Notes: a model not told the origin generated them from the sequence alone. A stretch of 64,000 nucleotides of DNA from Chlorobiota bacterium (GCA_028287785.1 JAQBOZ010000007.1:271393-335392); one strand, 5' to 3'; counted from the stretch's first letter, positions 19,492 through 29,263 are shown. A program made the numbers and translations.

Positions 19492-19667
19492 GTCGGGGAA
19501 CGTTTGAAACGTCCCCTCATGCATGAAGCGTAAGGGGACGTTTCAAACGTCCCCCGACGATCGCTAGAACCGGACGCCCACGGTCATGAAGAGAATCGGT
19601 AAGGGGACGTTTCAAACGTCCCCCGACGATCGCTAGAACCGGACGCCCGCGGTCATGAAGAGAATCG
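19492..19667. repeat. Three REP-like palindromes: one inverted copy plus a 69-bp tandem duplication (REP + gene 3' end)
   Basis: GTAAGGGGACGTTTCAAACGTCCCCCGAC at 19530 and 19599; near-reverse-complement at 19492. Confidence 0.85.
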
Positions 19668-21561
19668 GCAGGCGGCTTACCAGCCGGCTCTCGTCAAACC
19701 TGTGTTCCCACCAGCCGGTGAAGCGGACAAGCGTTCTCTCCGAAAGATAGGCCTCGAACCGCGCCGTCGGGCCAACGGATGTACGATCGGAATACGGGAG
19801 CAGGGCGATGGAGCGGGGATCGGTGCGATAACTCTTCACCCGCGAAAGCCGCCCGCCGATGCCGAAGGTGGTCCCCTCGATGGCGCTCGTGGTCAGCTCC
19901 GCCTCCAGCCCCTCCGTCCGCGTCCGCTCCAGCGGGCTCTCCGCGAACTGATCCCAGCTGAAACTTCCCCGCTCCGCGATTCTGAGATCGCCGCTGGCAA
20001 GGAGACGGAGCGTACGGGAGATCGAGAGGCCGAGCGAATCGCGCAGATGAAGCTCGCGGAACGATCGCCCCCTGATATTCTGCGTCCGCCCCTCGAAATC
20101 GTACACCGTGTAGTTGGCAACCACCTCGGTCTCCAGATAATTCTGAAATCCCTCCCCTATCCGGTAACCGACCGATGGGGCGATCCTGAAGACCCGGTTC
20201 CAGTTGTTGTCGTTGCTGTTCTGGCCGAACAGATAGACCAGGTGTGTCAGAAAGATCTGGCCGTAGACGGAGAGATCGAGCATCGGGCTGAAGGAGCGGG
20301 AGTAGCGCAGCTCCCCCTGGATCGTCTGCTCGTCCTTGTCGAAATAGTTTGTCGGGCTGGGCGTGTCGTATCGATAGATCCCCACGGAGCCGCCGAGCGA
20401 GATGGTATCATAACGCGCCGGCCGGTACTCCGCCGAGCCCGCGAGCCGTATCTGCTGCGATACGAAATCGTTCTGCGCGCTGGTCGATCGCTTCTGCTCC
20501 AGCTCCACATCGCTCACCGAGCCTATCCTCTCGACCGTGTTATCCTGCTCGCTGGTGTAATACTCCATCCTTGCGTTGACGCGAAGATGCGACGGATTCC
20601 AGTGCCCTCCGATAACCGCGCCGATCGCCAGCTCGTTCCGTCCGAAGCCGTACGGATCGGGATCGCGCGGGAGGCCGGGCAGCCCATCGTTCTGCTCGCG
20701 CTGATCGATCTTCAGCCGGGAGAGCGAAACCGTGGCATCGATCCCAAGCTCATCGTTCACCGGATAGCTGATCAGCGAATTGATCCTCAGCCTCCCCTCC
20801 CCCCGCTTCTGGAGCGCCTCGTAGGTCAGGCCGCCGTAACGGAGGATATCATCCTCGCTCCGCTTCACAAGGAGATCGGTGTTGATAAGCTCGTAGTGAC
20901 CCTGAAGGTCGATCACGGAGCCCTCGTCGAACTGGCGCGCGATATGAAGGTCGAGATCGCCATTGCTGTTGTGCCGCGGGGCCACGTTGTAGAACCGGCC
21001 GACCCCCTGGGCCGCGATATGATATCCCTCCAGATCGAGCGACCCGGACCCCTCGCCGTACAGGCCGACTCCCCCATCCTCCACATTCAACTGCCGGTTG
21101 TACGCCCCTCCGGCGGCGATCCCCAGCCTGTTCCCGTCCTCATCCACGATCCTCCCGCCAAGCCCCAGAAATCCGGCGGCCGTGTTGTTCAACCCGGCGA
21201 TCCGGGCATCGCGGCTGGCATCGTTGGTCAGCGTCCCTTCCGAGAGCATGAAGACCCGGAATGGGGAGGATGTCCTGTACTCCATGTCGATCAGCGCGTC
21301 CACCTGATCCCTGGTCGATGGGATGCCGAGCAGCGTTGTCGATGAGGTGAGATAGCTTCGAAAGATCCCGGCGGTCGCCCCCTGAAGCAGCCGATAATCA
21401 GTGGTGAGTGATGTCGTGTGGGTTGCGTCGAACCGCTCGGCGCGCGCAATCGCCTGCTGCCGGATCGTGGAATCCGGGAACTCCGGGACCTGCCCCCGTG
21501 CCGCGGTCGCGATCAGAAGGCAGAAGAGGAGCGCGCCGCACCGCCGGTTCGATAATCCCAC
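19633..21561 (-). CDS. Outer-membrane beta-barrel protein, unknown function
   Basis: Probable GTG start at 21561 just after lysC; signal peptide ARG|Q; alternating beta-strand pattern; C-terminal AGVRF. Confidence 0.75.
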   Translation of the reverse strand: MGLSNRRCGALLFCLLIATAARGQVPEFPDSTIRQQAIARAERFDATHTTSLTTDYRLLQGATAGIFRSYLTSSTTLLGIPSTRDQVDALIDMEYRTSSPFRVFMLSEGTLTNDASRDARIAGLNNTAAGFLGLGGRIVDEDGNRLGIAAGGAYNRQLNVEDGGVGLYGEGSGSLDLEGYHIAAQGVGRFYNVAPRHNSNGDLDLHIARQFDEGSVIDLQGHYELINTDLLVKRSEDDILRYGGLTYEALQKRGEGRLRINSLISYPVNDELGIDATVSLSRLKIDQREQNDGLPGLPRDPDPYGFGRNELAIGAVIGGHWNPSHLRVNARMEYYTSEQDNTVERIGSVSDVELEQKRSTSAQNDFVSQQIRLAGSAEYRPARYDTISLGGSVGIYRYDTPSPTNYFDKDEQTIQGELRYSRSFSPMLDLSVYGQIFLTHLVYLFGQNSNDNNWNRVFRIAPSVGYRIGEGFQNYLETEVVANYTVYDFEGRTQNIRGRSFRELHLRDSLGLSISRTLRLLASGDLRIAERGSFSWDQFAESPLERTRTEGLEAELTTSAIEGTTFGIGGRLSRVKSYRTDPRSIALLPYSDRTSVGPTARFEAYLSERTLVRFTGWWEHRFDESRLVSRLPILFMTAGVRF

Positions 21562-21571
21562 CGGCGGGCCC

Positions 21572-22918
21572 TCAGGTATGAGTGTCGGAATGGAGAACCC
21601 CGGTGGCGGCCGCGAAACGCTCGTGAAGTGGGCCAAGCGTCCGCCGGGCCGCTTCACGGTCGAGCGCCACGCTGATGGCCCGCCCTTCGATTCCCCCCTG
21701 CATCGCCAGCAGATCCCGGCCGGCAAACGCGGCAAAGAACCGCTCCATCTCCTCACCGCTCAGACGCTCCTCCCCAACCAGCGACAGGACCGATACCGGC
21801 GCGACATGAGCCTCCACCGGCTCCGCTACCAGATGCACCGGAAGGCTCGCGTGCGGATACGGCCCGGCCAGCAGGATCTGCATTCGGTGACGGAACCGTT
21901 GCTGCCAGATGATCGGCGTCTCGGCGGCGATGGCGCGGAGGAACGGATCGAGCGCGGCGGTCGTGGTGGCCGTCTCCAGCGAGATCAGCTCGGCATCCGG
22001 GAGCATCGCGATGGAATATCCATGCTCTCCCTCGGTTCCGATCGTCGTGGATTCCCCACCCAGGCTGGTGATCACAAGCGGAATCGAGGAGCGTTCCACC
22101 GGCATCACCGTCCGCGGATGGAGGATCTTCGCCCCCAGCTCGGCCAGCGTGTTCGCCATCGCGTAGCTCATCGTTCTGAGCGTGCGCGCCTCGGGGACCA
22201 GCTTGGGATCGGCGGTGAGGATGCCGGGAACGCTGGTGTAGATCCTGACCTCGCGGGCGTCGAGGATCGAGGCGAGCATCGTGGCGGAATAGTTGGAGGA
22301 TTCGCGCCCCATCGTGGTTGCCTGCCCCGATGCGCTTCTGGCGATATACCCCTCGGTCACCACCACCGGATGCGTAGCCAGCAGCGGGGGGATCTGCTCC
22401 AGCACCCGCTCCCGCGTCAACTCCAGATCGGGACGGGCGTAGCGATGCGCGCCATCGGTGATGATCAGATCCAGCGCGCAGATGCCGGCGGCATCGGCTC
22501 CGGAGGGGGAATCGTTCAGCGCGGCCAGCAGCAGCGCCGAGGAAAATCGTTCGCCGAAATGGACGATCAGGTCAAGCGTGCGCGGCGAAAGCTCGCGGAC
22601 GATGCCAAGCCCCTGCACAACATCGGCAAGGCGCGCCCTGTGCGGAGCTATCGTCTCAAGCCATGCGTTGTACGCCCCGGCGGAAAGCGCGCGACGGGCA
22701 ATCCCGGCGTGAAGCTCGATGATGGCGTCCAGATCGCGCGCGGCGGCCGCGGAATCGGACAGCGCGTGATCGGCAAGGTGTTCAAGAAGATTGGTGACGT
22801 TGGCGAACGCACTCACCACGACGAGAAGAGGACCCGGAAGGCGACGGATTTCATCACGCGCGCGAAGGAGCCCCTCGCTGCTGTTGAGGAGTGCGCCGCC
22901 GAATTTTGCGACAATCAT
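21572..22918 (-). CDS. lysC: Aspartate kinase family protein with degenerate catalytic motifs and ACT-like C-terminus
   Basis: AKFGG, VVVSA, GERFSS, TTMGR, ILTADPK, GAKILHP; canonical GGSD and TDVDG are altered. Confidence 0.8.
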   Translation of the reverse strand: MIVAKFGGALLNSSEGLLRARDEIRRLPGPLLVVVSAFANVTNLLEHLADHALSDSAAAARDLDAIIELHAGIARRALSAGAYNAWLETIAPHRARLADVVQGLGIVRELSPRTLDLIVHFGERFSSALLLAALNDSPSGADAAGICALDLIITDGAHRYARPDLELTRERVLEQIPPLLATHPVVVTEGYIARSASGQATTMGRESSNYSATMLASILDAREVRIYTSVPGILTADPKLVPEARTLRTMSYAMANTLAELGAKILHPRTVMPVERSSIPLVITSLGGESTTIGTEGEHGYSIAMLPDAELISLETATTTAALDPFLRAIAAETPIIWQQRFRHRMQILLAGPYPHASLPVHLVAEPVEAHVAPVSVLSLVGEERLSGEEMERFFAAFAGRDLLAMQGGIEGRAISVALDREAARRTLGPLHERFAAATGVLHSDTHT

Positions 22919-23139
22919 TGAGCGCGATAAGAGCTGGAGGTATTGGAAAGAGAGGGCCGTGCGAAGAGGCGCGCAAGCCGCGATGTCGAGCTTTCGTCGG
23001 CTTCGTTGAGGATATCGCGGGAGCGGCGCCAGTCACCGTAATAGCCAACAAGCTGCCGCACCACGCCGGCGGGAAGGCGCCGCAGGGGAGTGGCTTCGGT
23101 AAGGAGAGATCGAAGCGAACCACTAGGAGTTTTTTTCAT
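22915..23139 (-). CDS. Possible small protein (74 aa, MKKTPSG...) coupled to lysC
   Basis: Stop overlaps the lysC start (ATGA); no recognisable motif. Confidence 0.3.
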   Translation of the reverse strand: MKKTPSGSLRSLLTEATPLRRLPAGVVRQLVGYYGDWRRSRDILNEADESSTSRLARLFARPSLSNTSSSYRAQ

Positions 23140-23250
23140 CGTGCCGGCCTTGTATGGTTGTCTGCTTGCGTAACCGTTGGCTCTTCCCATGCTACGCAGA
23201 TTCAGGGGGGAATGCAAGCACGAACTTCGCAGTGCAAAGCGTTGCCACGG

Positions 23251-25194
23251 TCACTCTCCCGCGACCACCGGCACGCGGCGCAGTTCAACCGAACGGACAA
23301 CCACCGGGCGGCCGTCGCCGCTGGCAAGCACGATATCGTATGCCCCCGCGTATTTGGGCACGTCGATCATGTTGCCGGCCCATGTGTGATCCCCGTAGTT
23401 GTTCGAGCGCCCCACATATGCGTAGAAGGCGCCCGGCGCGTCCGCTCCGGGAATGGTTATCCGCCATCGCCCGGCCGGCAGCGCCAGGTTCCGCGCCTCC
23501 ACCGTATTCCCTCTTGTCACCACCGTGTAGAAGCCGCCGGATGAGTCAACCCGCACGATGCCGGTGAGAAGCTGGGCCGGAATGGAGATCCGATCCAACG
23601 TCGAATCGATCCCCATCCTCCCGTTCCGCCGGACCCAGATGTGGGCATCGCAGGGATATTCCGGGTCGTCCGCGTGGATGATCGCCAGGGAGTAATCGCG
23701 CTGGAAGACCGGCTCCGCCTGCATCTCGCGACCGCTTCGGAATCCGGCCGTGTCGTCGCCGGGAGGACCGCCGAAGATGATCAGGTCCGGGTTCCGGCTC
23801 AGCACGTAGCGCCCATCCCCCAGCTCGTGTCCCAGCATCCCGCTCCCGAAATCGGGCGGCCGGTGGCGCGGCAGATAATAATCGTTCAGCCCCAGCATGT
23901 CCACCGATGGAAGCTCCGACCAGTAGGGGAGGCATCCCGCGGCATCCACAGCCAGCAGCGGCTGCGGCTTGCCCGTGCTCCGCTTCAGCATCAGCCCGAT
24001 CGCGCGCCCGCACCATTCCCACCGCTCGTCGATCGCCTTCCGGCTTTTCGAATCGATCAGCCCGCAGATCGCCAGCAACGCCAGCGCCCCGATCGCGACG
24101 CCGTGGAGCATCGCCGCGCCGGTTTCCCGTGTCGCCAGATGCACGCCGCACTCGGAGAGGAGAAAGCCCAGAAGGATGATAAACGGAACCAGATGCCGCC
24201 CCGCCGGGAAGATGTCGCCGCCGATCGCCATCACGTAGAGAAGCCAGAGCACCGCCGGGATCAGGGTGATGATGATCCTCCTCCGCGCCGCCGGATCGCG
24301 CATGGCGCCGGGGAGGAATATCGCGATCGGGATGATGACCGGCAGCAGCGGGAGCGAGCCACGGATGACATATTTGACCCCCATGATGAGCCTTCCCGCC
24401 GAGAAGCCGACCTTGACCAGCGCCGTGTTCGGCACCCATTCGCCATAGTAGCCGAGGCGGAACGCGAGCTGCCCCAGATAGCACGCGGCCGGCACCGCCG
24501 CAAGGCAGACCGCCGCCGCGAACCCGCGACGATTGAACCGGAAGATGACGAGAAGCGCCAGCGCGATGGCGGCGGTGAAGAGCATCCCGTCGGGCCGGGT
24601 AAGCGCAAGGAGCCCCAAGGGAATCCCGGCAAGGATGAAGCCGCGCGGCCCCGACTCGTCGCCATCGACGGCGCGATGGGCCAGCCAGACCCCGAGCGCA
24701 AGGAAGAGCGCGACGAACGGCTGTTCGAGCCCGCCGACGGTCCAGACGGCGATCGGCGCCGCGAGCGAGAGCATCGCCGCGCCGGCCAGCGGAAGGAGCC
24801 CCCCCCCTCCTGTGTATCGCCGGTAGGCATAGAGCAGCACAAGCACGCTCCCCCCCATGCCGGCCACGCCAAGCCACCGCACGGCATCGATCAGATCCAT
24901 CCCCAGCCCGCCCAGCAGCGCGGAGGCAAGCACCCAGAGGAGATTGGAATACCCCTCCACCGGCCTCCCCTGGTTCCAGGTCAGGCCGTGGCCGTCGATA
25001 AGCCTGCGGGCGTACCGGAGGGAGATCAGCGCGTCGTCGGAAAGGAACGGGAGATAGTGATGAGCGTTGAGCAGAAGCGCCATCAGCAGAAGCAGGGCGG
25101 CGATCGCGGCGCCGGTTGCCGTGAGATATCTATCGCGCTTCAAGGTTGCCCAGGGTGTGGATGCTGAACGCGCGGAGAAGGGGGAATGATCCAC
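23251..25194 (-). CDS. GT-C fold membrane glycosyltransferase (AftB/arabinofuranosyltransferase-like)
   Basis: SDDALISLRYA, GLTWNQGRPVEGYSN, GLEQ, TRPDG, YYGEWVPNT, DMLGLND, GHE. Confidence 0.8.
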   Translation of the reverse strand: MDHSPFSARSASTPWATLKRDRYLTATGAAIAALLLLMALLLNAHHYLPFLSDDALISLRYARRLIDGHGLTWNQGRPVEGYSNLLWVLASALLGGLGMDLIDAVRWLGVAGMGGSVLVLLYAYRRYTGGGGLLPLAGAAMLSLAAPIAVWTVGGLEQPFVALFLALGVWLAHRAVDGDESGPRGFILAGIPLGLLALTRPDGMLFTAAIALALLVIFRFNRRGFAAAVCLAAVPAACYLGQLAFRLGYYGEWVPNTALVKVGFSAGRLIMGVKYVIRGSLPLLPVIIPIAIFLPGAMRDPAARRRIIITLIPAVLWLLYVMAIGGDIFPAGRHLVPFIILLGFLLSECGVHLATRETGAAMLHGVAIGALALLAICGLIDSKSRKAIDERWEWCGRAIGLMLKRSTGKPQPLLAVDAAGCLPYWSELPSVDMLGLNDYYLPRHRPPDFGSGMLGHELGDGRYVLSRNPDLIIFGGPPGDDTAGFRSGREMQAEPVFQRDYSLAIIHADDPEYPCDAHIWVRRNGRMGIDSTLDRISIPAQLLTGIVRVDSSGGFYTVVTRGNTVEARNLALPAGRWRITIPGADAPGAFYAYVGRSNNYGDHTWAGNMIDVPKYAGAYDIVLASGDGRPVVVRSVELRRVPVVAGE

Positions 25195-25236
25195 CCTCCC
25201 CGCGCATGAATGTCACGGAAATTTCGAGAACGGCGA

Positions 25237-27483
25237 TCAGCGGACGATGAACCCGTCGCGAACATCGGCATCATCATCAAGGATCGAGATAAGCGTTGGC
25301 GCGTTCTCCGGGGAGTTCGCGGCGAAGAGCATCCCCTGCGATTCCTGCCCCATCAGCTTTGCGGGCTTCAGGTTCGCCACCACCACGATCCGCTTCCCCA
25401 GAAGCGACTCCGGCTCGTACTTCTTCCCGATCCCCGCGATGATCTGCCGTTCGAGATCGCCGATCCTCACCTGGAGCTTCAGGAGCTTGTCGGATTTCTT
25501 CACCCGTTCCGCGGCAACCACGGTGGCAACGCGAAGATCGAGCTTCATCACATCCTCGATCGTCACCTCCGGCTTCAACTCCACCTGGATCGGCGGCTCC
25601 TCCGGTTTCTCCCCCTCGGGCTCCGGGGCGGAGGCGGCGATCAGCCCGGCCACTTCCCGCTCAACCATCTCATCGTCGAATTTCGTAAAGAGAATCACCG
25701 GCTCCCCCAGCGCATGCCCGCTGGGAATCCGAAGCTCCGACGCGCTTTCCCATTCGGCGGCGGATGCGGCGTCCAGGCCGAGCATCGCCAGCATCGACCC
25801 GGAGGAGAAGGGGAGGATGGGACGGAAGATGACGGCGAGCGAGCGGACGACCTGGAGGCAGATGTTGATCGCCGTGGCGCAACGCTCCGGTCGGTCCCGG
25901 CGGGTCTTCCACGGCTCCGAGTCGTTGAAATACTTGTTGGCGGCGCGCGCCACGTTCATCGATTCCAGCGCGGCCTCCCGGAAGCGGAAGGCGCGATAGA
26001 GATCGCCGACCCGTTTCGGCGCGCGGGCAAGCTCCAGGAGCATCACCAGATCGGTCCGGGTGAAATACTTGAGATATTTCGGCGCCAGCTCCGTGAGAAT
26101 CGCGTCATCGCTCTGCGGGGAATCGCAGCAGCGGCGGAGATCCTCGGCCAGCAGCGTCTTCACCTCCGCCTCCTTCTCCCCGGTGGCCGTCAGCGGCGGC
26201 ACGACGTTGTCGAAATATCGCCCGGCGAACTGCATCGTCCGGTTGACGAAGTTGCCGAGGATATCGGCAAGCTCGTTGTTGACCCGCGCCTGATACTCGC
26301 GCCATGTGAAATCGGCGTCCTTGCTCTCCGGCAGGTTGGCGACGATCGTATAGCGGAGCGGATCGGGGGGATGGTTCGCCAGATAATCGCGCAGATCGAT
26401 CCCCCAGCGTTTCGACTTCGAGAACTTCCGCCCTTCCAGGTTCAGGAACTCATCGGCCGGGACGTTGTCCGGCAGCACATGGCGGTCCCCCCGTCCCGAC
26501 TCGTTGTAGGCTAGGAGCGTGGCCGGAAAGATCAGCGTGTGGAAGACGATATTATCCTTGCCGATAAACGCCACATAGCGGCTTTCGGGATCGCACCACC
26601 AGCGTTTCCAGCCATCCGGCTCCCCCCGTTCCCTGGCGAGCATGCGGGTGTTGGTGATGTAGCCGAGCGGCGCATCGAACCAGACATAGAGCTTCTTCCC
26701 CTCGAATCCGGGGAGCGGCACATCGATTCCCCAGGTGAGATCACGGGTGATCGAGCGATCGCCAAGCCCCTGTTTCAGCCAGCTTCGCGACTGCTGGAGG
26801 ACGTTGTCGCGCCAGACGGTCGCGGGCGTTTCGGCGCCGGAGCGGGCCGCGTGCGACTCCACGTACTCCTCCAGGCGGCCCTGGAAATCGCCGAGCTTGA
26901 AATAGAGATGTTTCGTGGTTCTGATCTCCGGCGGCCTGCCGGAAACCTTGCTGACGGGGTTCTTCAGCTCGATCTGATCGTACGTGGAGGAGCAGTTGTC
27001 GCACTGGTCGCCGCGGGCGCCGTCGTGGCCGCAGACCGGACAGGTTCCCTCCACATAGCGATCGGGAAGGAACATCCCGGCCTCCACGTCATAGAACTGC
27101 CCCGTCTCCTTCTCCACCAGATATCCCTGCTCATGGAGCGCCAGGAAGAACTCCCGCGCCGTCTCATGATGCTCCGGCCACGACGTGCGGCCGAAGATAT
27201 CGAAGTCGATCCCGAGCCCCCGGAACGCCTCCAGGTTGGCGAAATGATATTTATCGACGATCTCCTGCGGCGCCACGCTCTCCGTCTCCGCCGCGATCGT
27301 GATCGCCACGCCATGCTCGTCGGAGCCGGAGACATGGATCACATCCTCGCCGCAGAGCCTGAGAAACCGGGTATAGATATCGGCAGGGAGATACGCCCCG
27401 GCGACATGGCCGAGATGGATATAACCGTTGGCGTAGGGAAGGGCGCTCGTGACAAGAGTCCGGGCAAAATTCTGTGTCTTCAA
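25237..27483 (-). CDS. metG: Methionine--tRNA ligase with C-terminal tRNA-binding domain
   Basis: ALPYANGYIHLGH (HIGH), CPVC..CDNC zinc knuckle, YVWFDA, KFSKS, C-terminal Trbp111-like domain; TTG start. Confidence 0.97.
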   Translation of the reverse strand: MKTQNFARTLVTSALPYANGYIHLGHVAGAYLPADIYTRFLRLCGEDVIHVSGSDEHGVAITIAAETESVAPQEIVDKYHFANLEAFRGLGIDFDIFGRTSWPEHHETAREFFLALHEQGYLVEKETGQFYDVEAGMFLPDRYVEGTCPVCGHDGARGDQCDNCSSTYDQIELKNPVSKVSGRPPEIRTTKHLYFKLGDFQGRLEEYVESHAARSGAETPATVWRDNVLQQSRSWLKQGLGDRSITRDLTWGIDVPLPGFEGKKLYVWFDAPLGYITNTRMLARERGEPDGWKRWWCDPESRYVAFIGKDNIVFHTLIFPATLLAYNESGRGDRHVLPDNVPADEFLNLEGRKFSKSKRWGIDLRDYLANHPPDPLRYTIVANLPESKDADFTWREYQARVNNELADILGNFVNRTMQFAGRYFDNVVPPLTATGEKEAEVKTLLAEDLRRCCDSPQSDDAILTELAPKYLKYFTRTDLVMLLELARAPKRVGDLYRAFRFREAALESMNVARAANKYFNDSEPWKTRRDRPERCATAINICLQVVRSLAVIFRPILPFSSGSMLAMLGLDAASAAEWESASELRIPSGHALGEPVILFTKFDDEMVEREVAGLIAASAPEPEGEKPEEPPIQVELKPEVTIEDVMKLDLRVATVVAAERVKKSDKLLKLQVRIGDLERQIIAGIGKKYEPESLLGKRIVVVANLKPAKLMGQESQGMLFAANSPENAPTLISILDDDADVRDGFIVR

Positions 27484-27540
27484 GATAGGTCCGTAATCAG
27501 TATTCAGCGCTCAGTGGCGTCGTATCTCCGGGCGGGCGAT

Positions 27541-28911
27541 CTACTGGTCCGCCTCATTGGCAAATGCCTCCTGCCCGTTATCGGCGGCGTCCCGGTTCAT
27601 ATCCTCCAGCTTCACCTGCACCACGCGACGGTTGTAGATCTTCAGCACGGTCATCCGGACGGAGTCCCGTTCCAGCGACTCGTTCTCCTCGGGGATATGG
27701 CCGAACCATTTGTTGACCAGGCCGGCGATCGTCGTGTAGTCATCCCCCTCCGGAAGCACGAAGCCGTTTACGCTGTCGTTCACATCGGAGATCGACATCG
27801 ACGCATTCACCAGCCACGTCTGCTCATCCATCTGCTCGACCCCCACCAGCTCCTCGTCGTACTCGTCCTGAATCTCCCCGACAAGCTCTTCCAGGATATC
27901 CTCCATCGTCACCAGCCCGGCCGTTCCGCCGAACTCGTCCACCACCATCGCTATCTGGTTCTTCGTCTTCTGGAACTCCCGGAGCAGCTCGGAGATCAGC
28001 TTCGTCTCCGGGACGAAATGCGCCGGGCGGAGCAGATCCTGAAGGATGATCAGGTTATGATGTTCCAGCAGCGTGATCAGATCCTTCGAATAGACGACGC
28101 CGATGATGTTGTCGATGGAGCCGGAGAAGACCGGCATGCGGGTATATCCCTCCTCCACCACGAACTTGATCAGCTCGCCGGGGGGATCGTTGATATCCAG
28201 CGCCGCGATGTTCGTCCGCGGCACCATCACCTCCTTGACCACCGTCCCGCCGAACTCGAACACGTTTTCGATCAGCTCATGCTCGGACTCCTCGATCGTC
28301 CCCCCCTCGCGCCCCTGCTCCAGCAGCAGCCGCAGCTCCTCCCCCGAATGGAAATGCTCCGACTCGCTCACCGGCTCGATGCCGAAGATGCCGAGCGTCT
28401 TGGTGGCAACCCAGTTGAGCGAGACGATCGCCGGCTTGAAGATCAGATAGAACACCCTCAGCGGAAACGCGACGAACAACGTCGTCTGCTCGGAACGCTG
28501 AATGGCGAGCGATTTCGGCGCCAGCTCCCCCAGCACGATGTGGAGAAAGGTGATCATCAGGAAGGCGATCGGCAGGGAGATGTTGTTTGCCAGCTCCACA
28601 TTCTGTGCCGAATGGAACCCGAACATGTCCAGAATAGCCACGATCAACTGACCGACGATCTTCTCGCCGACCCAGCCGAGGCCGAGCGAGGCGAGGGTGA
28701 TGCCGAGCTGCGTGGCGGAAAGATATTCGTCGAGATGGGTGATCAGGCGCTGGGCCATCTTCGCGGCGCGGCTTCCCCCCTGCGCCTTCAGCTCGATCTG
28801 CGACTGGCGCACCTTCACGATCGCGAATTCCGCGGCCACGAAGAATGCGTTCGCCAGCACAAGCAGGAGCGTGATGATCGTACCGAGAACCGGATTGATG
28901 GAATTATCCAT
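27541..28911 (-). CDS. HlyC/CorC (CNNM, DUF21-CBS-CorC) Mg/Co transporter family protein
   Basis: NAFFVAAEFA, QLGITLASLGLGWVGE, GELAPKS, VMVPR, VVDEFGG, EDILEELVGEIQDEYD. Confidence 0.95.
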   Translation of the reverse strand: MDNSINPVLGTIITLLLVLANAFFVAAEFAIVKVRQSQIELKAQGGSRAAKMAQRLITHLDEYLSATQLGITLASLGLGWVGEKIVGQLIVAILDMFGFHSAQNVELANNISLPIAFLMITFLHIVLGELAPKSLAIQRSEQTTLFVAFPLRVFYLIFKPAIVSLNWVATKTLGIFGIEPVSESEHFHSGEELRLLLEQGREGGTIEESEHELIENVFEFGGTVVKEVMVPRTNIAALDINDPPGELIKFVVEEGYTRMPVFSGSIDNIIGVVYSKDLITLLEHHNLIILQDLLRPAHFVPETKLISELLREFQKTKNQIAMVVDEFGGTAGLVTMEDILEELVGEIQDEYDEELVGVEQMDEQTWLVNASMSISDVNDSVNGFVLPEGDDYTTIAGLVNKWFGHIPEENESLERDSVRMTVLKIYNRRVVQVKLEDMNRDAADNGQEAFANEADQ

Positions 28912-29146
28912 GCGTGATGCTCACGCCTCCTCTCGAACGTTCAACGAACTCTGATAAACGTGTCTGCCAATGCGCGCCGAAGCGCCTGCTAGGGAACGGA
29001 TCGTCCATGGAATTGAAGATAGTATGACTTCCCCTCCATATACAACAATGTCGTATCGAGGGGATCGGCGCGCCTCCGGAGTTGAATATCCGGCCATAAC
29101 GCGCCCGCCGGGGAGGAATCCCTCCCCAGGCTTTCGGGCAAATCTA
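28904..29146 (-). promoter_or_regulatory. Promoter, multi-hairpin leader and uORF upstream of the corC-family gene
   Basis: TAGATTTG at 29146-29139; three hairpins at 29030-29130; uORF 29008-28904 MDDPFPSRR... Confidence 0.5.
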
Positions 29147-29263
29147 CGAGTTTGGGAGCGCACGGCACGGGTTTCCGCGCCGGCGGGCGCGATATCGTCG
29201 GTCATCGCCGCCGATCTTTCCAAATGATAACCTTTATCCTGGCCCCCACGGACCACCGCCCCG

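Noticed and set aside
19492..19667. Mini CRISPR array (palindromic ~29-bp repeats with spacers)
   Set aside because: One repeat is inverted, the spacer-like sequence is a copy of the adjacent gene end, single copies are dispersed elsewhere, and there are no cas genes; this fits REP elements
22920..23250. Lysine riboswitch upstream of lysC
   Set aside because: I could not find the conserved AGAGG(U)GC opening or the five-way junction pattern
26539..28917. Long antisense ORFs (e.g. 792 aa here; 1982-3415, 19702-21345, 50182-51672, 56233-58227)
   Set aside because: Shadow frames of well-supported genes in high-GC DNA; no motifs
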